From the NCBI GenBank assembly GCA_003707115.1, contig PPNB01000002.1:248001-312000 (forward strand): a DNA stretch of 64,000 bases. Direction: 5' to 3'. Position 1 is the first letter of the stretch; every line of letters starts with the position of its first letter. The DNA is from Tortispora ganteri. Lineage: Eukaryota. The notes below the pieces were generated by a model. It was given only the letters and a program-made list of their open reading frames with translations, did no database searches and was not told the DNA's origin. Both the position numbers and the translations under genes were made by a program. This document shows positions 53,304 through 64,000 of the stretch, piece after piece.

Positions 53304-55961
53304 TCATTCTTGTCCTTGCATTACGTCAGTAGCACCTTCAACTCGAGTATCTGTATCTTTGGAAATATCAAATATAGTGTCCAGCTGAAACAATGCAGTC
53401 TTTGCACGTTCCCGAACATCAAGTTGAGTATCGTGCATACACTCTTCCAAGCGAGCTCTCAGCCCAAGGCGCGCTATACTGTCCGTGATATCCACACACT
53501 TCTGAATATAATCATTATCTGTGTGTGATTCAATCCACGTAAGGTTGATAATAAGCCATAAGCACGCCCGTCTCACTTCTTCGTAGTTTGATTTCAACAA
53601 TGCATGCACCATTTTCATCAGTCTTAAATTGTGTGCAATCTTACCACGGTGCTCAAGCCCTGTAGCCAGTATATGAACGCAGATATACGTGGCAGCCACA
53701 GCCGTATCAGATACAACTCTAGCATAGTCTCCGCCTCTTTCTTGATCAACCATCTTCGTGTAAACGCTCATACTGACGTCATCATCGCTGTCTGTGAGGG
53801 GCTCAAGATCAACTTCCAACCCTTCAACCTCAATCAATGCAAGTAATTTAGAACAAATTATATCTAACAGACGATCCGCTCCTATCTGTCTGTAAAGGAA
53901 GTCAACTTCTTCTTTCCCTCTACACACAAAGTTTCGGATTAGGTTTAAAGCTTGCTCCTGAATATCTAAAACAGGATCGTTGCATAGACTTAGGACATGT
54001 TCAGGAACCAACTCCAGCAAAACAGATTTCTTTAACGTATACTCGGAATCGTAAAGCAAATGCTTTAAGATCCATATGCTGTTCAAGCGAAGTGGTATAT
54101 ATGATGACCACGTGCCCCTAATAACGTAATTTAAAACAGGGTCGGTAGATATATCGTCCCGTAAAGGGCACATTTCCAATGACAAATTGCAAAGAACAGC
54201 AAATATGACAGCAGTTTCCTTCAGAAAAGCTGCATGAGTCATTTTCCCAACCAATTCTGACGGATCAGGATAAATTTCCAAATCAGATGGTGGCAAATCA
54301 AAGTCAGCGTCGCTAGAAACAGGATCGCAACCGTATATTCCTCGTTCCATAAAACTAGCTATATCTGCAGTCTGTGGAAGTATATCTGCACGAATTTTCA
54401 TTAGCTCTACTAGCGGAGTTAAGACATTGAAATTGACAATCTCTGTACGAAGCAAAGAAGTGCACCGACTTAAGACCCTAAGCATCTGAAGAGCAGCAAT
54501 GATTACGTCGCTCTCGGCGTCGGTGATATCGGGGTTGCGGGACGAGTTATTTTTTGCGACCGTCAAAACAGACAAAGCATGCTCAAACATAAGCTCATTG
54601 CTAGCTTTGATGCGGTACGAATCTGTGCAGGAACATAAGGCGGCGACAGCATTGAAAGCACTTGACAACAGCTTGCACTTCTCGCGCGATTCTGATTCCG
54701 ACTTTGAGACGAATGCTGGAAGATTAGCTTCAATTATAGTGCCACATGTAGATATTAAATTAGCCTCGTAAGCTCTTTCATTGATTTCACCGCCTTCCCT
54801 GCATAGTATAGCAAGACAGTGCAGCGCAGTGGGATCAGCAGGAAACGTGGATAAAGAATCAATCAGAACTGGTAAAGCACGAGATAAGATTTCAGATCTT
54901 TTGAATTTTATTCTGGAAACAGATGAGTCGGTAGAAGCTGGAATGTTTATTTCCGTTTCAGAAGCCGCAACCGCAGTGGCAGCGGCCACAAGATGACGAA
55001 TATCTGTGAAAGACTGTTCCGGATGAAACCGCGGTGTAGGAGGTGCCACAGTGATTATAGCACCAGACACATCAGACAAGGCGTAAGAGTCTTGGCAAAA
55101 CTTGACAAGCAGGCAATTAGCGTATAGTTTTACATTCTGATCTAGATCCGAAGTCAACGTGCAACATAAGGGAACAATGTCTAAGACAGAACGGCCATTT
55201 TGTTGATCAGGAGCCAGTGCATTGGTAGTAAGTTGAGCCATAGATCTGGAATTTGGCAACCAAGAAAATGCTGAGCCTGTGCGGGGCGGGATTATATCGG
55301 CAAGGCTCTTAAGACATGCACCTAAAACTGTTGTCTGAAGCTCTGAACGTGTAGATTTAGTGCCTCTTGCAACGATTTGAGAAATCAGCGATTTAGCAAC
55401 AAATCCTGCCTGCGGTAACAAAGAAATATCAGCACATAGTCCAGATAGAAGCTCACAAGAGCGAAGAATGATCTGGCTGGGTGTATGAAATGAGGGGTCG
55501 AGGAGGACGGCTAGGCAGGAGACCACGCGTGGACGAAACAGCACTACAAGAGCAATCTGGTCACCTAAATATGCTTGTATACTTCGAAGTAGTGAAAGTA
55601 TAAGCTGTGAATATTTATCAGCATCAAATTCAGAAGTGCTGACCTTAGCGCAGATGAATTCAAGACATGTGAGGACTACAAGGTATGATGTTGAATCACA
55701 TACTGTGAATAAAGTACGGGACTTGACAGACCCAGCAGAAAGAGAAGCCAATATAACAGAGGCCTGTTCGCAAATATCATAGTTGAACTCTGTAGAAGAC
55801 GGATTTATGTAAGAGAGTAAAAGTTCAAGAGTTTTCCGATCAGATGATATTGCCTGCTTTTGCACATCATTACCGATGATCGAGTATTTTAGTGTTTTAA
55901 GCGCTTGGAGTGTTTGTTGAGGCGTAGTTTCAGATACATTAGAAAAAATATCAGGAACCAT
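53304..55961 (-). CDS. Armadillo-repeat GID-complex subunit (ARMC8/Vid28/Gid5-like)
   Basis: LKTLKYSIIGN..QK, LRVLSR, LRLNSIWILKHL, IQEQALNLIRNF, WLIINLTW, DVRERAKTAL. Confidence 0.75.
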   Translation of the reverse strand: MVPDIFSNVSETTPQQTLQALKTLKYSIIGNDVQKQAISSDRKTLELLLSYINPSSTEFNYDICEQASVILASLSAGSVKSRTLFTVCDSTSYLVVLTCLEFICAKVSTSEFDADKYSQLILSLLRSIQAYLGDQIALVVLFRPRVVSCLAVLLDPSFHTPSQIILRSCELLSGLCADISLLPQAGFVAKSLISQIVARGTKSTRSELQTTVLGACLKSLADIIPPRTGSAFSWLPNSRSMAQLTTNALAPDQQNGRSVLDIVPLCCTLTSDLDQNVKLYANCLLVKFCQDSYALSDVSGAIITVAPPTPRFHPEQSFTDIRHLVAAATAVAASETEINIPASTDSSVSRIKFKRSEILSRALPVLIDSLSTFPADPTALHCLAILCREGGEINERAYEANLISTCGTIIEANLPAFVSKSESESREKCKLLSSAFNAVAALCSCTDSYRIKASNELMFEHALSVLTVAKNNSSRNPDITDAESDVIIAALQMLRVLSRCTSLLRTEIVNFNVLTPLVELMKIRADILPQTADIASFMERGIYGCDPVSSDADFDLPPSDLEIYPDPSELVGKMTHAAFLKETAVIFAVLCNLSLEMCPLRDDISTDPVLNYVIRGTWSSYIPLRLNSIWILKHLLYDSEYTLKKSVLLELVPEHVLSLCNDPVLDIQEQALNLIRNFVCRGKEEVDFLYRQIGADRLLDIICSKLLALIEVEGLEVDLEPLTDSDDDVSMSVYTKMVDQERGGDYARVVSDTAVAATYICVHILATGLEHRGKIAHNLRLMKMVHALLKSNYEEVRRACLWLIINLTWIESHTDNDYIQKCVDITDSIARLGLRARLEECMHDTQLDVRERAKTALFQLDTIFDISKDTDTRVEGATDVMQGQE

Positions 55962-56255
55962 AATAAGAAATAGTTAGCAACAATACTCGATGCTTATAAA
56001 ATACCACTGAGATCACGCTCCGTGGTGTTGAAAGAAATACAGAGTATGAGAGGTAGAGTAGTAGATGGGCGGTTGGGTGTTAAGAAGGGAGGGGGGTTGG
56101 TGCAGTTCTTAGAAGTGTGGGATTTGCTTAGTAGAAAGCTTAAAAATGCTGTAATAATTTCCAAACCAAAAAAAAAAACAAACAAACAAACCGATATAGC
56201 TATAAATTTTAAAAACGAATAAGTAAATTAAAATTTCAATATATAGTGTGTAGGA

Positions 56256-58412
56256 CTATTGTGAACTGACAACATTGTGCAGAGGGTGGGGCGCTGGCTT
56301 GGCTCCTGATGAACTATTCACTTGACCATTGGAAGTAGATCCAGTCATACGGAGCTTTGCGTGACTAGTATGTCCATTGGCTGGACTTTGTTTTCTTCGG
56401 TTATTGCTGGAATTACGACTGGTATGCCTTCCACGAGTTCCTTTATTTTCTTCTTCTTGTCTTCGTAATTGCTCCTCTAGGGTTGAAAGCTGCAACTCCA
56501 ATTTCCTTATGTATTCTTCTCGAGCTGACCTTTCTTCAGTAAATTGTAAATTGCGCAACTTTAGTGCTTCGCCATCAGATTTCCTCTTCAGCTCTTCAAT
56601 ATGACGTTGAAGCTCATTCACAGTATTTTGTGCATCTACCGCAGTAGAAGATGCCTTCTGGTACTGATCTCTAGTATATTCGTTATCCTTTGCACTGTCT
56701 TCGAGCTTGGTTTTAAGTCTTGAAACTTCTTTTTCTGTATGAGTCAAGGCCTCTTTCAAGCTCACAATTTCCGATGCACTAGGAGATTCTGCTTTAAGAA
56801 GGGTTTTAAGCTCATCTATGCGCGATTTCAGCTCTTCATTAGCGCGCTTGAGAGAATCATTATCATATTCAAGTTTCTCAGCTCGTTTCTCAGCTCTATC
56901 TGTGCGTTCTTTGTAGCCATTGATGGATAAAGTAATCTCCTTTAAGTCATCTCGTCTTTTAGCTTCGTCGTTGTACGCCCGAGTAAGTTCAATTTTGTGC
57001 TTATCCAGCGAGGCAGCCAGTTCAGATTTCTCCTTTTTCAGCGCGGCTATTTCATCTTTCAGAGATTCGAAGTTAGCCTGGTACATATCTTCTAGAATTT
57101 CAATAGCCTTATTCAATTTTTCGTTTTCTTGGCTGACGTCTATATCTTTGTCAAGGATGTAGTCGATGTTCATGCTCGGGAGTCGAATACTATTAGATGC
57201 TATTTCTGCTGACTCAGAGTTATTTTCAACTTTGATCTTCTTTTTGGGAGGTCTGCCAAGTTCGTCAGCAGCACGATTCATAGCTCCTTCCGCAATGCGA
57301 AAAAGATCAGAGACAAGGTGCTTAGCATCGACACTCGGCAAGTTTGGATCAACAGGCACGAGGGAAGTGTCGGACGAGGACAATTCATCTATAGTGGCTA
57401 GTTCTGCAAACGGCCAAAGTTTGTTAGGATTTGGATCTAAAACCCAGTCGGAAAGTCTCTCAGAAATTTTCTCGTATGTTATTCCAACATATTCAGGAGG
57501 AATAGCTCCAGCACGCTGACGAAGTACGACCATCGTAGAGATTATGCCGTTTAAAATAGCAGCGTTCATTTCACCATTGGAAAGTCTTGCAGCAGTCAGT
57601 AAAATATGTTCTACGCTGTAAGGACTAACCAAACGAGCTATTGGTGCTGGTTTTGGGCCTCGCAGAGTCTTGACTTGCGGACTGGCTGGATCAAAAGTGC
57701 TATCGAAACCGATTATCAGATCCACCGGTTCCAATTCTAGAGTATCTAAGTTTGGATAATCTGCAGGATCTGACGAAAACAACAAAAGGTTCTCTTTGGG
57801 TTCATTAGGCATAGTTTCAAAGGTAATGCGCGTGTATCGCATACGTCGAGCAGTTAAGTACCCGTCGAGTATATCAGAGGCCTTGCCTGGTTGGATGATG
57901 ACAGCTACTTTGGCAGGTGTCTTAGATAGTGCAGTAACTAGAGTCATGAAAGATTTGTATTTGCCACTAGTTTCAGCGATGTATGGCATTTCACTCTTAT
58001 CGCGGAGACGAGGGCCGGAGGGGAAGAGATAGTCAAGGACAATATACGGGTGCACAGCGATTTGTAAAGCTTTTTTCAAGACAGATCTCATATTCGGAAC
58101 AAGCGAATCTCTTTGGTTTCTATCATTGGCACAGAACCTAGATATATCACTGGATTGGCCTATTATGACGGCATCGGTAGCTTTCATCTGTATGTCCGAA
58201 AAAGGTACCGGCAAATCATAGTCTTCTTCCACAGGGAGATACTTGCGCAGCACATTATCGACTTCGGTAGAGGGAGCAGTTTGACTACCTGCATCATGAT
58301 GATGAATGATACCCAGAGTGACTTTAGCTTGTGGCTTGATGTCATCTTCAGAGGTTGAACCAGTTATGGCAGGGGTACTGGAAGCATCTTCTTCAGGTTC
58401 GGGGCTAGACAT
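56256..58412 (-). CDS. HDA1 histone deacetylase complex subunit (Hda2/Hda3 family)
   Basis: HPYIVLDYLFP, AETSGKY, IIGFDSTFD, RLVSPYSVEH, long C-terminal coiled coil. First ATG is at 58412; the start is uncertain. Confidence 0.7.
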   Translation of the reverse strand: MSSPEPEEDASSTPAITGSTSEDDIKPQAKVTLGIIHHHDAGSQTAPSTEVDNVLRKYLPVEEDYDLPVPFSDIQMKATDAVIIGQSSDISRFCANDRNQRDSLVPNMRSVLKKALQIAVHPYIVLDYLFPSGPRLRDKSEMPYIAETSGKYKSFMTLVTALSKTPAKVAVIIQPGKASDILDGYLTARRMRYTRITFETMPNEPKENLLLFSSDPADYPNLDTLELEPVDLIIGFDSTFDPASPQVKTLRGPKPAPIARLVSPYSVEHILLTAARLSNGEMNAAILNGIISTMVVLRQRAGAIPPEYVGITYEKISERLSDWVLDPNPNKLWPFAELATIDELSSSDTSLVPVDPNLPSVDAKHLVSDLFRIAEGAMNRAADELGRPPKKKIKVENNSESAEIASNSIRLPSMNIDYILDKDIDVSQENEKLNKAIEILEDMYQANFESLKDEIAALKKEKSELAASLDKHKIELTRAYNDEAKRRDDLKEITLSINGYKERTDRAEKRAEKLEYDNDSLKRANEELKSRIDELKTLLKAESPSASEIVSLKEALTHTEKEVSRLKTKLEDSAKDNEYTRDQYQKASSTAVDAQNTVNELQRHIEELKRKSDGEALKLRNLQFTEERSAREEYIRKLELQLSTLEEQLRRQEEENKGTRGRHTSRNSSNNRRKQSPANGHTSHAKLRMTGSTSNGQVNSSSGAKPAPHPLHNVVSSQ

Positions 58413-61135
58413 CGCTGGTGGTGCCAAGAAGCAAGATTATCTAAATTAGCAAAATAGTTTAAAATCAGCAAAAGTATACAGTATTCTCCAAAACAATACT
58501 AGATCTGTTTAATGAGAATAGTGATGGGTTTCTCGGGAGTTGTAATCGAAGATAATCAAAAAAGAGAGGTATGGGAAGTAATAAGCTTGATGCAAAGAAA
58601 CTCTATATTTGAATGGAACTCCATTAAGGTTTATTCAGAGGCATACCTTAAAATTATTATATAGGCTACGCAATGCATAGCTCTTTGTATTAACAAGCGA
58701 GTTTTATCTTTTTGATGTTTTATTTCTTTCTGTGATTTTTGTATGGAAAAGCCTTTGAAATACGTAAAAAAATAAAAGCATAAGTATAGTCTTTCATGTA
58801 GTCTCAGATCAACAGATAATTCGATCTTTTAACCCAATTGAGCCTTCCGCGCCGAAACCTATTGACCTGGATGTACTATACCGGCATGATATTCCCCATA
58901 TTTTCTTAGGTGTATTTTCTTGATATTCACAATGATAACTACATATTCCAATGATTCGATCTATATTACTCCGAACATCCAGCTTCACATCCCAACAGAC
59001 CGACATGGCAAAAATGCTTCTGTTAATGATCATGATTCCATTAAATTGATAAATTGAAGATACTGTTTATGTAAAATATTAATCGCTTACCAGATATTGT
59101 TGTTGTTTTACTGCGATTCAAATTTAATTGATCTATGCAGTCATTATACACTACTCAATGTACATAGGCACTGTTAATAGATTGCGGCAGATTAGTGACA
59201 ACATGCGCTAATTTTCATGAAATAAAATAAATATAACTTGCTCTTATATATATATAATAACTAAATGCATTTTATAAGTACTTAATCAATCTACTATGAC
59301 TATCTTTTAACAAGTATAATGCAGTGATAGATCTTTCAAATAAGTCCCCTTAGCGTATCAACTAGAAACTCTATTAATAATAAAGTTTTACTGTGACACT
59401 CAGACAAGGTCACCCTTGAATACCGTCTATTCCTAATAATCAAGTCATAAAGGTCAAAAAAACATATATTTCTGCTAATAATTTTACTTAAATAAGTTCT
59501 TCTTTTATGTACTGGTAAATTTGCTATACAGGGATCTTCAGTATAGTCATAAAAGTGCACATATATACGCTGCCGATATGATCGCCGTATTGCCACAATT
59601 AATCAGCTAGTCTTCCTAAATCAGAACAGTTTAAGATATCACACAGACCAAGATGTAAATTTATATATCTGTGTAACAAATTAGCGTGCATAACACTAAT
59701 ATTATCCATCTAATGCTTTATCTAGATTGATAAGAACGTGCCAACCTCAAGATTTCTTTCGCATGGAGACGAGTATAGCTACCGTACCTGTTACTCAAAA
59801 GGGCGAATATTAGCTCATTTCGTCTAATCCTCATTAGAGGCTGAACTACGCCATGACGCCTTGAAATTGTATCCGGATGTTTCTATCTGTATAGATTTTT
59901 CATTCTTGAAATGTTGTTTTGCAGTATTTTCTAGTACGAACTTCTTTTCCTCATGGGCTCAATATGTTTATTCAATGATGATGAGTTGATGATACATTGA
60001 TAGCTAGCATCTGATCTAGCAATATTGGTTATACCGATCCTCATGCCAAACATTAGTCCCTGGTTGATTAAACTTCAACTTCAGACGCGGGTGCGGATCA
60101 CTATGCCTACTATTTCGTGGCACTTGCATTGCTTTATATTCCGCCCTCCAACGCTTAAAACTGTTCGATGCCAATTGCATTCTGAATGCAAAGCTTTTTA
60201 GATAAGCCTTTTGGTGTTGCACGGAATTGCGAATGCCGTGACATGGCGTTTTGTTACCTTATCGGCACGTCATTCCGATAATTTGCACGTTCGGTGTCGC
60301 GAATACGTAGCATAGCACGCTTTTAAGATTCACGGCTCAACTTTCATCTTTCAAGACATACTAAAACATTCATACGACAAGGTTTGCTAGTTTTGGCTTT
60401 AGCAGCTCACCATTTTTTTGGGCTGAACTAAACCAAACCAAGCAAACTGTTACGCTAAACTCTTCTCGCACAAAACCATTAATGTGTCATAGCGGATACA
60501 GCTTACCCGACATTTAGCTACCAATTGAGCTTAAGACCTTATGATTAAACTGCAATTTTTTCAAGATGCTACACAGTTTGGATCTCGATCCGGAACGCCC
60601 TTATATTACGGCCCGTTCTATTTTCAGCAGGTGTTTCATTCAACTCTATTTCTCATGTCAAATTGATAATGAAAGTGGTGATTGGCTTACGGCACTGAAC
60701 TTTAACCTTATTATGTGTGCGTATGTTACTCGAACAAGGCTTGCTTTTTGAGCCGTAACATTTTAATTGGAGATCACTACCGCAAGTAACTTCCAAGTTC
60801 GTTATTGAACTGGCTATCGGATGAAAAAGCAGCTACTCAGACAATCACTATCATGCATTGTCTCTTTTTGGATTACAAAAGTGATACAAACCATCACTAA
60901 TATTTGCTCCACTAGATCGAAGTTCACCACCTTCGTGATGCATCTTAGAACGTCGCCCAGTGATCGCTACGTTTTTTGTATCTTCAATACGCATGTATAT
61001 CTTTTGGTTTCTTCTTTCAAAGAAAGTGAGCCTATTCATTTAGGTTTGTCGTCATCCGCAAAGATCTGTGCCGTTTGAACTCTCTTTCCTGAAGGTAGAT
61101 TGGCTTTCATGCAGTTAGCAAGCGTCATTGGGTGA

Positions 61136-61347
61136 TTTTTGCGGGGAAGTCGCTGACAGCCAGCTATTTTCCCTTATCTTGATACTTATCTTTTATTGAT
61201 AGCCTGTGTTCAACTCTGTGAGCAACTCAAGCGCAACTATTGGCCGAGATGCCGAGATCCGACATAGTGGTAAGTCGCTTTGTGAAATTTACGGAATTGC
61301 GCAATAAGCAATGGCTCATACGGCACTTGATCTGGTGAATATAAATA
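61136..61347 (+). promoter_or_regulatory. Protease promoter: Mig1/CreA-like site, GATA sites and TATA box
   Basis: TTTTT-GCGGGG 61136-61146; CTTATC (GATAAG on minus) at 61173 and 61185; TATAAATA 61340-61347. Confidence 0.55.
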
Positions 61348-61430
61348 GATGCAATTTCGTCATTCTTTTTATCATTCTATATCATCAACAGTCTCTGGTT
61401 TTGCTAGAGGTTTAGTTTGTTCTGATTACT

Positions 61431-62714
61431 ATGAAGTTTACTCTATATTCTATCATCGGCGCCTATGGAGTGATGGCTGCTGTCCTTGAAGATGGTGAAG
61501 CCATTCCTAACCACTATATTGTCAAGCTTAAAGAAGGTACCATCTTTGACAGCCACATATACAAGGTATCTAACCTCATTGCGAAAAGAGACTATGTAGC
61601 AAGTGAATTGACAGATGTTGTTAAGGTTGCCAATTACTCGATGCCTGGATTTGTGGGATATTCCGGCTATCTTGATGAGCAAGCCGTTGATGCTTTACGC
61701 AATAATGAAGAAGTGGAATATATTCAACCTGATCTGTTCTACACTATCAGCGCTGCAATTGCTATCCCCGACGATCAAACCTCAGATAACATAGTTGCAC
61801 CTTCTTTGGATGGATCTAACAACGATTACACATCCGAATATCCTGGAACTTATCAGAAAATTGATCCTTACAATGGAAACTGGGGTCTTGGTACCATTTC
61901 TAACCCTCCTAACAGCGGCGCTGACCTTAGTTACTACTGGCACGACAAGACTCAAGGAGAGGGTGTTACAGTTTACGTATGCGATACCGGTGTTGACGTT
62001 ACTCATCCTGAGTTTGAAGGACGTGCTTCTTGGGGATTCAGTGCTTATGGCACCTACACTGACGGTCATGGACACGGAACACACTGTGCTGGTATCAGTG
62101 CTTCCAAGACTTACGGTGTTGCCAAGAAAGCCAATATTGTTGCGGTTAAAGTATTGAGCGACAACGGCTACGGATCTACTTCAGCCATTTTACAGGGATA
62201 CGAGTGGGTGTACAAGAACTCTGACCACACCAAGTCTGTCATCAACAACTCTCTTGGATCACCTAGTCATGACGGTGCTTTGAAACAAGCTCAATTGGCT
62301 CTTGGACGTGCTGGAATCATTTTTGCTGGAGCTGCTGGCAACGATGACGCTGACTCATGTGATGGAAATCCAGGTGAGAGTACTGCAGAGACTATTATCG
62401 TCGGCAATCACGATGTTAACTATGCTAAAGCCCCAAGCTCCAGCTGGGGTTCCTGCGTTGACATCTGGGCGCCCGGAACTAATATCTTGTCTACTATTCC
62501 CGGCGGCAGGACTACCCGCATGACTGGAACTTCTATGGCTGCTCCTCATGTAGCTGGTGTAGCAGCTCTTTTCTTGGGACAGGGAGTGCCGGCTAAGGAT
62601 GTCTGGAACAAAATGCAAGCTCTTTCCATTAAGGACAAGATCACTGGACTGGAATCTTATGATCACAACAGAATGTTGTACAATGGTGCCGGCTGGTCCG
62701 TTCTTGACTACTGA
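61431..62714 (+). CDS. Secreted subtilisin-like serine protease (S8, proteinase K type) with I9 propeptide
   Basis: Signal peptide, YIVKLK propeptide motif, catalytic triad VCDTG / GHGTH / GTSMAAPHVAG, oxyanion AAGN. Confidence 0.95.
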   Translation: MKFTLYSIIGAYGVMAAVLEDGEAIPNHYIVKLKEGTIFDSHIYKVSNLIAKRDYVASELTDVVKVANYSMPGFVGYSGYLDEQAVDALRNNEEVEYIQPDLFYTISAAIAIPDDQTSDNIVAPSLDGSNNDYTSEYPGTYQKIDPYNGNWGLGTISNPPNSGADLSYYWHDKTQGEGVTVYVCDTGVDVTHPEFEGRASWGFSAYGTYTDGHGHGTHCAGISASKTYGVAKKANIVAVKVLSDNGYGSTSAILQGYEWVYKNSDHTKSVINNSLGSPSHDGALKQAQLALGRAGIIFAGAAGNDDADSCDGNPGESTAETIIVGNHDVNYAKAPSSSWGSCVDIWAPGTNILSTIPGGRTTRMTGTSMAAPHVAGVAALFLGQGVPAKDVWNKMQALSIKDKITGLESYDHNRMLYNGAGWSVLDY

Positions 62715-62904
62715 GTATTTAAGGCAACAAGTATTGTATACATGAGAAATATATACATTTTAGTAAAGCTTGTAGCATGCATTTTCAGCTGGCTTCTTTA
62801 GTAATGATTTAAGGTCATAGTAGTGACTGGTTGCTAGGGAAAAGTACTCAACAGAACCAGAAATTCAAACCCACCAAAGCTCTACCAACTACACTTATAG
62901 CATA

Positions 62905-64000
62905 ATGGTCTTAGCCGATCTGGGCAATCGCTTAACTGATGCGATATCTAATTTATCAAAGACCAATGTAGTCGATCAGGAATTTGTTGAAAGTATACTG
63001 AAGGAGGTATGCAACGCCTTGTTGGCGTCAGATGTCAATGTACAACTCGTTGTAGGATTACGAAAGAACATCAGGACGAAAATCAATCTGGCAGAAATAC
63101 CACAGCATTCACGAAAGAGAGCCGTACACAAGGCCATTTTTGATGAATTAGTGGCTTTAGTTGACTGCAAATCCGAGCCGTTTCAGCCAAAGAAAGGCAA
63201 ATCTAACGTCATCATGATGGTCGGTTTGCAGGGAAGCGGTAAAACTACAACTTGTACGAAACTCGCAGTATGGTATCATAGACGCGGGTTCAAAACTGGA
63301 TTGGTTTGTGCAGATACTTTTCGTGCAGGTGCATTTGACCAGTTAAAACAGAATGCGAGTAAGGCTCAAATACCTTACTACGGTTCCTACACAGAAACGG
63401 ATCCAGTAGTTGTCGCGAAGGAAGGAGTTCAACGCTTGAAGAAGGCTGGATTTGACATTATCATTGTAGATACAAGTGGTAGACACCAGCAGGAACGTGA
63501 ATTGTTTACAGAGATGCAACAAATATCTGCTGCTGTCAAGCCTCATCAAACCATAATGATTCTTGATGCTTCAATTGGTCAGGCTGCGGAAAGCCAGTCC
63601 AAGGCTTTTAAAGAGTCTAGCGATTTCGGTGCAATTATTATTACAAAAATGGATGGACACGCTAAGGGCGGTGGTGCAATATCAGCTGTAGCTGCTACTA
63701 ACACCCCTATTGCCTTTATTGGTACGGGTGAGCACAACTACGATCTAGAAAAGTTCGCTCCTAAATCGTTCATACAGAAACTACTAGGTATGGGCGACAT
63801 GGAAGGTTTATTTGACCAGATCCAGACCTTTAATATTGATCAGAAGGAGACAATGAAACACATTCAAAAAGGTATTTTTACTCTGAGAGATCTGCGTGAT
63901 AATATGACTAACATAATGAAGATGGGACCCTTATCTAAAGTAGCTGGAATGATTCCGGGAATGGGCCAATTGGCTAACCAGCTGGGCAGTGATGGAGATA
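62905..64000 (+). CDS. SRP54: Signal recognition particle 54 kDa subunit (runs off window end)
   Basis: Manual translation [10 protein letters not shown]..., [34 protein letters not shown]. Not in the ORF track. Confidence 0.97.
   Translation, partial: MVLADLGNRLTDAISNLSKTNVVDQEFVESILKEVCNALLASDVNVQLVVGLRKNIRTKINLAEIPQHSRKRAVHKAIFDELVALVDCKSEPFQPKKGKSNVIMMVGLQGSGKTTTCTKLAVWYHRRGFKTGLVCADTFRAGAFDQLKQNASKAQIPYYGSYTETDPVVVAKEGVQRLKKAGFDIIIVDTSGRHQQERELFTEMQQISAAVKPHQTIMILDASIGQAAESQSKAFKESSDFGAIIITKMDGHAKGGGAISAVAATNTPIAFIGTGEHNYDLEKFAPKSFIQKLLGMGDMEGLFDQIQTFNIDQKETMKHIQKGIFTLRDLRDNMTNIMKMGPLSKVAGMIPGMGQLANQLGSDGD

Noticed and set aside
58809..61078. Several 60-86 aa ORFs and a possible GTAAGC intron (59090-59019) in the long intergenic region
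   Set aside because: No homology or coherent spliced model could be built, and no LTR or transposase features were seen.
61243..61258. PacC/Rim101 sites in the protease promoter
   Set aside because: The sequence is GCCGAG, not the GCCARG consensus; kept only as an unexplained direct repeat.

Overview
Compact, gene-dense eukaryotic DNA from an ascomycete yeast, probably an early-diverging Saccharomycotina lineage. This is inferred from the budding-yeast-type proteins, short GTAAGT/CTAAC/YAG introns, CTG read as Leu, and retention of genes that S. cerevisiae lacks. About 38 protein-coding genes can be supported. Three are missing from the supplied ORF track: a four-exon COX12, and the partial FUN30 and SRP54 genes at the window edges. 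Four more need intron correction (CQD1-like ABC1 kinase, ARL1, RFC1, TMA64). Main points of interest: (i) a tandem homogentisate dioxygenase + fumarylacetoacetase (hmgA-fahA) Phe/Tyr-catabolism pair with shared CGG-type promoter motifs that recur upstream of a secreted subtilisin; (ii) a concentration of cytochrome c / cytochrome c oxidase genes; (iii) a long, structured, palindrome-containing COX12 intron; (iv) a 13-bp minisatellite; (v) a 3-kb gene-free region with Mig1/CreA- and GATA-like sites before the protease. No rRNA, tRNA, CRISPR array or transposon could be supported. All gene names come from motif recognition by eye, not from database searches.
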